Positions 22,854 to 32,723 of a stretch of DNA of 64,000 nucleotides are shown piece by piece. The stretch spans positions 2,944,001 to 3,008,000 of the forward strand of contig OY820905.2 of the NCBI GenBank assembly GCA_963555755.3, read 5' to 3'. The position numbers and the translations under genes are program-made. The notes beneath the pieces were generated by a model. It was not told where the DNA came from. It did no database searches and saw nothing but the letters and a program-made list of their open reading frames with translations. Source of the DNA: Nitrospirales bacterium (GTDB lineage: Bacteria > Nitrospirota > Nitrospiria > Nitrospirales > UBA8639). Every line of letters starts with the position of its first letter. Within the stretch, counting starts at the first letter, position 1.

Positions 22854-23441
22854 CAGGGCTATTTCATATTCGAATGTAACTTCATAGATCATAAGGGATA
22901 ATCGATTTAGGCTGGCTTTTTCTAGTCGTTTGAGGCATACTCTTTTGCATGCCAGACGAATCGCCAAGCGGACAGCCGGTCATCGATCTGGGGCAAGTCG
23001 TGGTTCGGCCGATTCTCCGGGACGAGAAGGACGCCTTCACGACGCTGCTCGCCCGCCATCACTACCTTGGGGCTGCCACGCTGATTGGCCCCTCGATCCA
23101 ATATCTCGCCTGTGTGCAGGATCGCTGGCTGGCCTTGCTGGTGTTTGCGGCGGCGGCCCTCAAATCGAAACCACGCGACACCTGGATCGGCTGGCCCCCC
23201 TGTTTTCACTGGCACCGCCTCCATTTACTGGCCAACAACACCCGGTTTCTCATTCTGCCAGGCTGTGCGCACAAGAACCTTGCCTCGAAAGTCCTGTCAC
23301 TCTGCGCGAAACGGATCGCGGCTGATTGGCAACGGTGTTATGGCTACCCCGTACTCCTCTTAGAAACGTTCGTCGATCCTGCCCGCTTTCACGGCACCTG
23401 CTATCGAGCCGCCGGGTGGCAGGAGCTCGGGCTGACCCGAG
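22854..23441 (+). pseudogene. Truncated DUF4338(DruA-like)/ISAs1 element, left end and 5' gene part
   Basis: Begins CAGGGCTATTTCATATT like 37111. ORF 22949-23455 closely matches the N-terminus of 37206-38333 and is cut by the repeat at 23442. Confidence 0.85.
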
Positions 23442-23757
23442 TAAAGGGGTCATAAAGGGGTCAAATCTTTTGTTGAGAGTTTTCCGTAGTGGTGGGTTTG
23501 AAAAGGTTGCTGATAAAGGGGTCGATAAAGGGGTCATGTCGCGTGTTTCATGATATATCGCCTCATGTGCTGAATGGTGTTGTGGGATTCTGGGTTTTCT
23601 TTTCTTGGCTGCCGTATCTGGATCGTGGGGAACTTACGGCCCCCATATTCGATAGCCAAAAGTTGCTCATGATGTCTGCCAAACAATAGTTTCCCCAGCA
23701 GCTGACATCTAATCTATATTGTGTAGCAAGCGAACTGACCCCTTATTGACCCCTTAT
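23442..23757. repeat. ~290-bp non-coding repeat, copy A (AAAGGGGTCA...TGACCCCTT ends)
   Basis: Near-identical to 24681-24964 but carries three extra 11-12-bp tandem duplications. Confidence 0.9.
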
Positions 23758-23954
23758 TGTGCTTTCGAGAACCCCAACACAACAATCGTATCGTGCTACG
23801 ATGCCGATACCTGTCGCGTAGACCTTCCTCGCTCAGCCTTCAACGACAACTGGGCCGTTCTCTATAATGGGGGAACCAAAGTGAAGGATTGGCAGCAATA
23901 TTTTTTCTTTTAAATATTCTTTTCACAAAATTACCTAAAACTAAGAGGGTCATT

Positions 23955-24485
23955 ATGACAACCGAATATTCAGAAACCGAATTAGCAATAATTAATCTTC
24001 TAGAAAAACATGTAAGTGCTGAACTAGCGGGTGATATAGATACAACGATGGCAACAATGTCTGAGAACCCACATCTTTTTAATATTCCAAATATGATGGG
24101 TGGTAACGGATACGATGGGGTCCGAAGTTTTTACAAGAATCATCTTGTTGGAAAATTTTTTCCACCCGATGTCACCATGAATCGGGTGTCACTAACAGTG
24201 GGAACCAATCAAATTGTAGAAGAGTTGGTAATTAGTTTTACACATACCATTGCCATTGATTGGTTACTTCCAGACATTGCGCCAACGGGTAAAAAGGTAG
24301 AAATTGGCGTTGTGGTGATTGCTGGTGTGAAAGACAAAAAGTTGACCCATGAACACATCTACTGGGACCAAGCGAGTGTTCTTGTACAGATTGGTTTGCT
24401 TGACCGGACTGGTCTGCCAGTATGTGGTGCGGAGAGTGCTAAGAAATTACTTGACCCATCTATACCAAACAGAACTTTCAATTAA
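23955..24485 (+). CDS. SnoaL-like / ester cyclase family protein
   Basis: H..AE...D...TM.TM, FTHT..IDW.LP...PTGK.VE and EHIYWDQASVL.Q.GLL motifs; AT-rich. The likely start is ATG 23955. Confidence 0.8.
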   Translation: MTTEYSETELAIINLLEKHVSAELAGDIDTTMATMSENPHLFNIPNMMGGNGYDGVRSFYKNHLVGKFFPPDVTMNRVSLTVGTNQIVEELVISFTHTIAIDWLLPDIAPTGKKVEIGVVVIAGVKDKKLTHEHIYWDQASVLVQIGLLDRTGLPVCGAESAKKLLDPSIPNRTFN

Positions 24486-24494
24486 CTCACCCAC

Positions 24495-24659
24495 ATGAGA
24501 TTCAAAAAACCAGTGGCCATCATTGTGGGTTTAACCCTGCTCTTGGGTGGGCTGTTCACAGGTGTCGCCTTCTCTGCAACGGGTGGAATGACGATTGCTG
24601 AGTTTACGTCTATGCCGGTGCCCAAACAAGGTAGACAACTGCGCGGATTCATACAATAA
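24495..24659 (+). CDS. Small ORF with signal-peptide-like N-terminus (possibly a truncated gene)
   Basis: MRFKKPVAIIVGLTLLLGGLFTGVAFSA..., 54 aa, starting 9 bp after the SnoaL stop. Confidence 0.4.
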   Translation: MRFKKPVAIIVGLTLLLGGLFTGVAFSATGGMTIAEFTSMPVPKQGRQLRGFIQ

Positions 24660-24680
24660 GTGCAATTTCTCTCGCCACCC

Positions 24681-24964
24681 GTAAAGAGGTCAAATCTTTT
24701 GTTGAGAGTTTTCCGTAGTGGTGGGTTTGAAAAGGTTGCTGATAAAGGGGTCATGTCGCGTGTTTCATGATATATCGCCTCATGTGCTGAATGGTGTTGT
24801 GGGATTCTGGGTTTTCTTTTCTTGGCTGCCGTATCTGGATCGTGGGGAACTTACGGCCCCCATAATCGATAGCCAAAAGTTGCTCATGATGTCTGCCAAA
24901 CAATAGTTTCCCCAGCAGCTGACATCTAATCTATATTGTGTAGCAAGCGAACTGACCCCCTATT
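24681..24964. repeat. ~285-bp non-coding repeat, copy B
   Basis: Direct repeat of 23442-23757 without the tandem duplications. Confidence 0.9.
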
Positions 24965-25240
24965 CAGGAGATGGATAAGAAGGGGATTTTGTAAACCCCT
25001 AACCTCTTTTTTGGGACTCATCACACTTCGGCGTCAAACGATTTTATGTTGAAGAGATGAAAGAGGCTATTTATGGAACTGGGTGGGATGGGACGGTGGT
25101 CATCACAGCGAATAAGGATGGAAACTTGAAGGTTGAGACCAGTGAGTAACTCTATAAATTTTCAGATACATACGTTTTTTTCATAAGTTTAGTCTAAATA
25201 CTTTTTTATCACTCCCAAGACACAATATAAGGACAAACAA

Positions 25241-25268
25241 TTGACTTTGAATGAGGGTTTTGTATAAT
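25241..25268 (+). promoter_or_regulatory. Sigma70-like promoter
   Basis: TTGACT-16 bp-TATAAT, 31 bp upstream of the AAA ATPase start. Confidence 0.6.
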
Positions 25269-25299
25269 AAGATTAATTGTCTGACTCTAGAGTAGTTTT

Positions 25300-26742
25300 A
25301 TGGAAAAAATTCCAAAAGATCAAATACTTACACGCATTAAAATAGAGAATTTATGGTGGAATAAACCATATGAAATCCCAATTACCATTTCGGATTGGAG
25401 CCCCAGGCCTTACCTAGAACTTTTTTTACCTTTGATAGAAAACAGACAAATACGCAGGGCTGTAGTGCTGATGGGGCCACGCCGGGTGGGGAAAACAGTA
25501 CTGATACACCATGCGATTAAAAGACTCCTTAAAAATGGAATTCCTCCTCGTCAAATAGGATACTTTTCTGTTGACCACCCTCTATATAACGGATTGTCCT
25601 TAGAACGATTTCTAGAATTGTTTAAAGAAGCAGGTGGAATTGACTATACAAAAATCCCAACCTTCATATTTTTTGATGAAATACAATATTTACGAGACTG
25701 GGAAGTGCATCTTAAATCCCTAGTGGACAGTCATCCTAATGTTAAAGCAATCGCATCTGGATCTGCTGCTGCGGCTTTGCGGCTTATGAGTATGGAATCA
25801 GGCGCAGGTCGCTTTACAGACTTTCTCCTTCCTCCTCTAACATTCCACGAGTATCTTTCGCTTCTTAAAAAAGCAGACATGTTGATTGAAGAAATCCAGC
25901 CTAATGAAAACAGTATTTTTAGAGCGAAGAATATTGAGAAACTAAACCAATCATTTTTGCATTATTTAAATTACGGTGGATATCCAGAAGTTGTACTTTC
26001 ACCGGAAATACAACGTGACCCCGGTCGGTTTGTAAAAGCTGATATCATCGATAAAGTCTTATTACGGGATCTTCCCAGTTTATATGGAATACAAGACATC
26101 CAAGAGCTGAATTATTTGTTTACAACCCTGGCATTCAACACAGCCAATGAGATTTCACTTGAAGAACTTTCAAAAGATTCAGGAGTAGCAAAGAACACAA
26201 TAAAAAGGTATATCGAATATCTAGAAGCTGCCTTTTTGATCCGGACCGTCCAAAGAGTTGATCAGAGCGGACGTCGCTTTAAAAGGGCAAACTTTTTTAA
26301 AGTTTACCTGAGCAATCCGTCAATTCGTTGTGCCCTATTTTCTCCAATACAAGCAGAGGATTCGGCCATGGGACGGTTGGTTGAAACAGCAATTTTTTCT
26401 CAATGGTTTCATGGAGGAAAAATGGACCTTTTCTACGGCCGTTGGCAGAAAGGAGAGGTTGACCTGGTAAGTCTAGGTCCCGGCAACAATGTTCTTTGGG
26501 CTGTGGAGGTAAAATGGTCTGACAGATTTGTTCAAAATATAGCAGAGCTAAAAAGCGGTTTAAATTTTTGTCACTCTAACAATTTGGGCAGAATTATGGT
26601 TACGACTCGAACTCAACGAATCAATAAAGTTTATAAAAATGTAGAATTTGAATTCGTTCCCGCTAGTGAATATTGCTTCACAGTTGGCTTTAACCTTATT
26701 CAAGGGAAAAAAACGGAGCGTATTCTTCACCCGGTTAATTAA
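25300..26742 (+). CDS. AAA-family ATPase with DUF4143-like / PD-(D/E)XK C-terminal region
   Basis: Walker A GPRRVGKT, Walker B FFDEIQY, ASGS, GGYPE, C-terminal EVDLV...AVEVKW; AT-rich. Confidence 0.85.
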   Translation: MEKIPKDQILTRIKIENLWWNKPYEIPITISDWSPRPYLELFLPLIENRQIRRAVVLMGPRRVGKTVLIHHAIKRLLKNGIPPRQIGYFSVDHPLYNGLSLERFLELFKEAGGIDYTKIPTFIFFDEIQYLRDWEVHLKSLVDSHPNVKAIASGSAAAALRLMSMESGAGRFTDFLLPPLTFHEYLSLLKKADMLIEEIQPNENSIFRAKNIEKLNQSFLHYLNYGGYPEVVLSPEIQRDPGRFVKADIIDKVLLRDLPSLYGIQDIQELNYLFTTLAFNTANEISLEELSKDSGVAKNTIKRYIEYLEAAFLIRTVQRVDQSGRRFKRANFFKVYLSNPSIRCALFSPIQAEDSAMGRLVETAIFSQWFHGGKMDLFYGRWQKGEVDLVSLGPGNNVLWAVEVKWSDRFVQNIAELKSGLNFCHSNNLGRIMVTTRTQRINKVYKNVEFEFVPASEYCFTVGFNLIQGKKTERILHPVN

Positions 26743-27084
26743 TGGTTTTTGACGCCACCACCATCCCCAACATCATACACCCATGAGAGCCTAATCGTGT
26801 CGGCGGTGGGGCTTGTTTGTTGCCATCCTCAACAATTGGACTCATGAGGACGACAGCCCGACAGATGAAAGGCTAGGGCGAGAAGCTTCATTTGGCCACC
26901 CCGCCTGCCTTGAACCCCACTCCTTTTTTATTCTGGTCAGGGTTCACTCCCAGTTTTACTCCCAGTTCTGAATCTACCAGGATCACACTTAGTAGCACTG
27001 AAAGGCTGCAAAACGTCAGTGTTGACGAGGGGATTGTAGCACTGTATCTTACTCAATCATTCTCCGTCTTATCTTCCTGGTCAA

Positions 27085-27132
27085 GGTCTTCGGAACCGAG
27101 GGTTGGGGGTTCGAGTCCCTCCAGGCGCGCCA
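27085..27132 (+). repeat. tRNA-Arg 3'-half remnant 1 (att-like)
   Basis: GGTCTTCGGAACCGAGGGTTGGGGGTTCGAGTCCCTCCAGGCGCGCCA, followed by a copy of the ~113-bp sequence found downstream of the intact tRNA. Confidence 0.92.
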
Positions 27133-27508
27133 GTTTTTCTTTCCAAATCGATATCACATAAATGAGACCAGGTTCCCACCATATTGGGATGGAAGGTTTT
27201 ACGGCCCCCTACCCAATCCAAATATGGCACTGCAAGACCTGAACCCCAGCCTAAGCAGAGTTCCTATTTATCAGGGAGAGTCATGGAGGCGGCCTGTGGA
27301 TGGTCGGCTTAATGGTAATGTGAGAAGTGGCCAACGAACAAAGCCCCACCGCCGCAACGATGAGGCTCTCTGTTTGTGTGACGCTTGTATCGACTATTCG
27401 TTTATGCCTGGAAATTTTTCCATCGGTAGCCAATGAGGCCGACTAAGCCAGAGCCTAACAGCAGGATCGTGCTACGTTTGGTTTTCTAGAACTGATATGA
27501 ACCTGGGC

Positions 27509-27642
27509 AAAAGGCCCAGTCAAGCCCGTCTCGCAGGGTGAATTCCCGCATGTCAGACGGCGGAGTCCACAGATTGACCCTCCGGTAACTTCTTTGGTAC
27601 TTTGCTGTTCAGTCAAACAGGCCTTTTAAAATTCCTATTCCC
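27509..27642 (+). repeat. IS91/ISCR oriIS-like end, direct repeat 1
   Basis: ~135-bp imperfect direct repeat of 28865-28999, ending GCCTTTTAAAATTCCTATTCCC. Confidence 0.65.
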
Positions 27643-27746
27643 CCTGATTTCGTCGCGCCTGACGATGACAGAAAATTGAGATTTTCATTGCCTTATCAGA
27701 GCCACGTCCATTTTCTGTCCCCCGGCATTTTTTTTGATTCAAACAT

Positions 27747-28805
27747 ATGAAAGTAGGCATTATCGGATATGGCAGTGTGGGCAAGACGACCCTGTTCTCG
27801 GCGCTGACGGGACAGGCGATCGCCGTGAATGTGCCCGGCGAACGACACTGGGGCGTCGTGGATGTCGTCGACCGGCGACTGGATCAGCTGCGCGATGTTT
27901 TTCAACCGCGGAAATTCACGCGAGCCCGGTTTGACGTCGAGGACCTTCCCGCCATTCCGCAGGGGGATGTGAAAGGCAAAGACGAGGTGCTGGCCTCCCT
28001 GCGGGAACCGGAGGCGGTCATTCTCTTGGTTGGCGCCTTCGAGCAGGCCCGCGCCATGTTTGCGGAATCCATGGCGGATCCGGCGGCGCAGCTTCAGTCG
28101 CTCAACGATGATCTGCTCCTGCTGGACATGGAAATCGTGGAGAAGCGGTTGAGCCGGATTGAAGATCGCTGGCAGAAAAAACCGTCGGAGCGGGCCGGCC
28201 TCGAGCGCGAGCGACAGTTCGTCGGAAAGCTTCAGAAGGTGCTGGAGGAGGACGAGCCGTTTCCGGAAGTCACCGACAAGGAGGAACAGCGGATTCTGGC
28301 TGAAATGAGGCTGTTCTGCCGAAAGCCCAAAGTCGCCGTTTTCAACGTGGACGAGGGATTTGATCTGACGGGAGACGAAGCCGGGAAGCTCGCCGACGCA
28401 AGTGAGTTCAGCGCGGTCCTCTGTGCCACGGTGGAGCATGAAATCGCGCAAATGGAGGCCGAGGAACGCGCCGGCTTTCTGGAGGAGTTCGGCCTGAAGG
28501 AGCCGGCCTCGGAACGTCTCACGATGTTGGCTTATCAGGCGTTGAATCTGATTTCCTTTTTCACGGTTGGCCAGGATGAAGTCCGCGCCTGGCCCATTGT
28601 GAACGGTTCCAATGCCGTGACCGCCGCCGGGAAAGTTCATACCGATCTTGCGCGGGGATTCATTCGCGCGGAAACCACCCCTTACGATCAGGTGGCCGAA
28701 GCCAAGGATGAGCGGGAGTACAAGAATGCCGCGAAGACGGAGCTGAAGGGCAAGGATTACATCGTAAGGGACGGCGATATCCTGAATATTCGTTCCGGGG
28801 TTTGA
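27747..28805 (+). CDS. YchF/Obg-like P-loop NTPase (DUF933 C-terminus), divergent
   Basis: KVGIIG..SVGKTTLFSALT, ISFFTVGQDEVRAW, AAGKVHTDLARGFIRAE, GKDYIVRDGDI; visibly GC-richer than the backbone. Confidence 0.88.
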   Translation: MKVGIIGYGSVGKTTLFSALTGQAIAVNVPGERHWGVVDVVDRRLDQLRDVFQPRKFTRARFDVEDLPAIPQGDVKGKDEVLASLREPEAVILLVGAFEQARAMFAESMADPAAQLQSLNDDLLLLDMEIVEKRLSRIEDRWQKKPSERAGLERERQFVGKLQKVLEEDEPFPEVTDKEEQRILAEMRLFCRKPKVAVFNVDEGFDLTGDEAGKLADASEFSAVLCATVEHEIAQMEAEERAGFLEEFGLKEPASERLTMLAYQALNLISFFTVGQDEVRAWPIVNGSNAVTAAGKVHTDLARGFIRAETTPYDQVAEAKDEREYKNAAKTELKGKDYIVRDGDILNIRSGV

Positions 28806-28864
28806 CCAGCGAAGTTCCCCAGCCCACACGCAACAATGAAGCGACAGGCTGGCCCGATCCTAGA

Positions 28865-28999
28865 AAAATGGGCCGGTCAGACCCTCCTCGCGGGATACAC
28901 TCCCGCATATCAGACGGCGGAGTCTGCAGATTGACCCCTCACCGCGTTCTTTGGTACTTTGCGGTCCAGTCAAAAAAGCCTTTTAAAATTCCTATTCCC
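28865..28999 (+). repeat. IS91/ISCR oriIS-like end, direct repeat 2
   Basis: Matches 27509-27642. A third similar end, GGGCTTTTATGCTTCCTATACCCC, lies at 29091-29114. Confidence 0.65.
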
Positions 29000-29139
29000 G
29001 AAATACCGGAATTTACTGGCGAATCGAGCGATAGAAATACTCGGTTGTCCGAACGACCGGCCCGCTTGCGGTGCTTGCTTCAACTAAATAGGGCTTTTAT
29101 GCTTCCTATACCCCATTCTTTCAGGCCTTCTTCGCGAGC

Positions 29140-29220
29140 CACGCCTTGCATCAGTGCGCACCGATCACAAGTTTCGATATCGATCTTGATTACGTGTTTC
29201 AGCCGCCGGCGCATATCTTG
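29140..29220 (-). pseudogene. IS91-family transposase C-terminal fragment
   Basis: Translates as RRRLKHVIKIDIETCDRC, resembling the RLKRVF.IDIE.C..C Zn-finger end of IS91/ISCR transposases. Confidence 0.55.
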
Positions 29221-29317
29221 CAATTTGATCGATTGATAGATTAAGTGCTTTGAATTATGGATACTGTCCGTTGGCACAGCACGTTTAAAATAATATGTGG
29301 GAATTACAGGGGACAAA

Positions 29318-30862
29318 ATGACTGCTGGAGCACTAGTTATAGGCCTGGATGCTGCCGAAGCTACGCTGTTGGAGAAGTGGAGCGCGGAGGGCCTGCTGCC
29401 TAATATTGCTCGACTCACGTCCCAGGGTTCTGTGCGTTCACTGGGGAATTCGCTGCAAACCCTCCCTGGCGCAATATGGCCAGAGATCACCAGCGGGCAG
29501 TCAGGAGGTAAGATCGGCCATTTTTGCACCGTGAATCAAATTCCTGCCGGCGAATCCCGCTACCGGCCGGTTATTGAAGATGATGTTGATTCGACAAGTA
29601 ATTACTGGAGTATTGCGTCCAGAGCCGGCCTGAGAGTGGCGGCCATCGACCAAGTTCAATGTGGAATAGATCCGCATCTGAACGGTATCGAAATCATCGA
29701 GTGGGGATGTCACGACCGCAATTTTCGAACCGCCAGCCAGCCACCCGCTTTGCTGGACGAAGTCAATGCCAAATACGGGCCCTACCCCGTCCAATCCTGT
29801 GACAGCTATCCAAAGAACCATCAAGGCTATATCCAATTGCTCGAAGATCTACTAGATGGGGTTAGAAGGAAGACATCGCTTTTGCTCGACTTGCTGGGAC
29901 GCGAAGAGTGGGACCTGTTCACCTGTTCATTCGGTGAATCGCACTGTGCAGGGCATCAGTTGTGGCGTTTCCATGATTTGGATAGTGAATACCACGACGC
30001 GAGCGCTCCCACGATACTCAAGGATGCGCTTGCGTCGGTATACGCCGAGATCGATAAGGGCATTGGTGAACTGATTGACGCAAATGGCGACGCCGGTACT
30101 GTATTGGTGTTTGCCAGCCATGGCATGGGCCGCTATATCGGAGGCTACCAGCTGATACCGGAAATCCTCTCCCGGCTGGGTATGAGTTCTGACGCCGGCA
30201 AAGCCGGTGACAGCCGGATTCGGCAACTACAAGATTGGATGAAGAAATACGTGCCAATGGGTTTTGTCCCATTTTTTGAGAGTAAACTGTCGCGTCTAAA
30301 GCTCCTGCAACATCTTCAGGGCTGGTATGGCGGCATGATTTTTCCTCTTGATTCGCCGAAAACCCGAGCCGTTTTTGTCCCTAACAACCGGGTGGGCGCA
30401 ATCAGGTTGAATATCAAGGGCAGGGAACCGAATGGCTGCCTGGAACCCGGTGTGGAGGTCGCGCAGGTTGTCGACGAGTTGAAACGGGAACTGATGGCTT
30501 TTCGGCATGTGGGCTCCGGTGAACCGATCGTAGAGCGGGTTCTCACGGCTGATGAAGTATTCGGTAGAGATCACCACCCGGGGATCCCGGACGTGATGGT
30601 GGTATTTTCGACAGATCTCGGCCGTATCGATTCGTGTCGATCGGAGCGTGTTGGTGTTATTCGGCAAGATATACATAACGTGCGGATGATGAGAACCGGT
30701 GATCACACGCCGGAGTCGCGGCTGTGGATGTTGGGCCAAAATGTGCCGACAGGTGCAAGGCTAGCGGATGCTAGCGTGCTGGACCTGGCACCGGAAATCC
30801 TGGGTTTGCTCGGTGTTCCTGTTCCGCAGGAAATGGACGGGAAAAGACTGGATACGGCTTGA
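29318..30862 (+). CDS. Alkaline-phosphatase-superfamily type I phosphodiesterase/nucleotide pyrophosphatase
   Basis: LVIGLDAA, G.LPN, W..I.SG, H.AGH, SHG, TGDH, LDLAP.IL.LLG motifs. Confidence 0.85.
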   Translation: MTAGALVIGLDAAEATLLEKWSAEGLLPNIARLTSQGSVRSLGNSLQTLPGAIWPEITSGQSGGKIGHFCTVNQIPAGESRYRPVIEDDVDSTSNYWSIASRAGLRVAAIDQVQCGIDPHLNGIEIIEWGCHDRNFRTASQPPALLDEVNAKYGPYPVQSCDSYPKNHQGYIQLLEDLLDGVRRKTSLLLDLLGREEWDLFTCSFGESHCAGHQLWRFHDLDSEYHDASAPTILKDALASVYAEIDKGIGELIDANGDAGTVLVFASHGMGRYIGGYQLIPEILSRLGMSSDAGKAGDSRIRQLQDWMKKYVPMGFVPFFESKLSRLKLLQHLQGWYGGMIFPLDSPKTRAVFVPNNRVGAIRLNIKGREPNGCLEPGVEVAQVVDELKRELMAFRHVGSGEPIVERVLTADEVFGRDHHPGIPDVMVVFSTDLGRIDSCRSERVGVIRQDIHNVRMMRTGDHTPESRLWMLGQNVPTGARLADASVLDLAPEILGLLGVPVPQEMDGKRLDTA

Positions 30863-31140
30863 TAATTAGCAATGCTCTCAGTCGCAGCTAGCCCGGACAT
30901 TTCACCAAGCCGGACGACAATATGAATTATTTATCGATATATCATCAATTTAAGTGTGTTTTGGCTTGTTCATTGCGGTCACAGATTGTCCTATCCGGTT
31001 TTGCACCCCATCTGGCTTCACATTTCGGTCGATCCTTCTCAAACCATAGCTACTGCTATGCTTCTTCGAACGATCGGCCAAACTGTTTTGCCAGCTACTG
31101 CGCACAACCGAATCCTTGGTGAAATGTCCGGGCGCGCGAC

Positions 31141-32346
31141 TCACATTGTCGCGCCCTGCTTTGCCAAAATGTTTTCGTAGAGATCCAGGTGCTTGTTCAC
31201 CATTATTTCCCGCGTGAATGTCGCGGCCCTTTGTAAACATTGTTGATGTCTTCCCTGGTAATTCTCTCGCTCATCGACCAGCTTCTCAATGCTTTTGAAG
31301 AGCGCGTCCGGTTGCGAAAGATCCCAAATCCACCCTGATTTTCCTTCTTCGATCAACTCCGACATACCACCGTAGGAATTACCCAAAACAGGGATACCAT
31401 ACGCGAGCGCCTCCAGAACGACTCTGGGCGCGGGATCGTGGTAATTGGATGGAACAACCAGTACATCGATCTCAGGCAAGAAAGATTCAGGGTCAACCAA
31501 GCCAAAATATTCGGCGTTTGGCAACGACCACGTTGTCTTTAGATGTTGCACGTATTTATCAACACCGACGCCTGCTATATTCAGGGTCACTTTCTCTGTC
31601 GAAATACGGCTAACCGCATCGAGCAACAGGTCGAGGCCTTTAAAGGGTTCCAGTCGACCCAGAAAACCCAGCCGGAGTGGTCCCTGTGGCAGCTTCGGTG
31701 CAGCCGTGGGTACAACATCAGGAATGGAATTATTAATGACGCTGCACACAGGGACGCCCGAAAAATACCCCTTGGCGACATGCGCCTGCAAAATATAATT
31801 GCTGACACCAACGACAGCCGCGATGTCTTGTGCATCTCGTTTGCGCAACTGAGTAATGAGACGACAATCGCTGCACTGCCGGCAACACATTGAATTGCCT
31901 CTGAACATGGTGCCTCTCGGGCAGATGAGAAAATAATCATGCAATGTGTGCACTACAGGGAGAGACAACTTGCTCGCAACGGACCAGGGTTTGGTCGAGA
32001 AGCCGGCAAGAATATGGGTGTGCACCAGATTTGGCTTTTCCCTGAGGTAGATTTCCCGCAGGCGGCGTGACATGGCAATATTTGCAGCACTCGACAGCTG
32101 CCAGATGGCTTTGTGAATGGCAGACTGATCTTTGTTGCGTATATGACTCATCCAGTTGTTGACCCCAAGGTAATGGACGGTAACGCCGTTTACGCTATGG
32201 GTAGAGTCATAAAGCTCTTTCGCCAGGGTGAGGATAACGACATCATGTCCAGCCTGCTGCAGGCCTTCGGCAAGATGCTGAACAGATATGTCAGCGCCGC
32301 CGTGAAAATTGGGGGCATAATAGCTGTTGATCATAAGTATCTTCAT
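31141..32346 (-). CDS. Glycosyltransferase family 4
   Basis: GGA, VHTLHDY..ICP, FLGRL...KG, LVVPS...D....V.LEA...G.PV. Confidence 0.92.
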   Translation of the reverse strand: MKILMINSYYAPNFHGGADISVQHLAEGLQQAGHDVVILTLAKELYDSTHSVNGVTVHYLGVNNWMSHIRNKDQSAIHKAIWQLSSAANIAMSRRLREIYLREKPNLVHTHILAGFSTKPWSVASKLSLPVVHTLHDYFLICPRGTMFRGNSMCCRQCSDCRLITQLRKRDAQDIAAVVGVSNYILQAHVAKGYFSGVPVCSVINNSIPDVVPTAAPKLPQGPLRLGFLGRLEPFKGLDLLLDAVSRISTEKVTLNIAGVGVDKYVQHLKTTWSLPNAEYFGLVDPESFLPEIDVLVVPSNYHDPAPRVVLEALAYGIPVLGNSYGGMSELIEEGKSGWIWDLSQPDALFKSIEKLVDERENYQGRHQQCLQRAATFTREIMVNKHLDLYENILAKQGATM

Positions 32347-32723
32347 TCAAGGACCCCGGTTGTGCTCTTTCATATGAACTACGCCCAATCGCAATATTCC
32401 AGCGTTTGCTTTTTTCCTGCAGCCGCTGTCAATTCGAGAAAGAATGATATCCCTGTTGTACCAGATCGCGGTTAAGACGCCATCCCGGCTATGATGTTCA
32501 GTATATTCATTCGTCCAGTAACAACCCCAATGATGCGCGACAATAAAAACGGGTTTTATTGGGAGTCAACGTTTTTATCCAACAACTGGGGGCAGAGTAA
32601 CATTAACGCAGCGGGCGAGGCGTATCCCCATCTATGAGTAGAAGGAAATGACGAATCCGTCACCGGGATCATCGGCTATATCGGGCCCAAGCCCCGTACA
32701 AACAGTTCCGGTAGGAAAAGGAC

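Noticed and set aside
23442..24964. Repeats considered as a CRISPR array
   Set aside because: The units are ~285 bp with no regular repeat-spacer periodicity, and there are no cas genes.
27696..28829. 377-aa antisense ORF (likewise 49146-50459, 40340-41182, 1640-2284)
   Set aside because: Shadow frames opposite well-supported genes, with no recognisable motifs.
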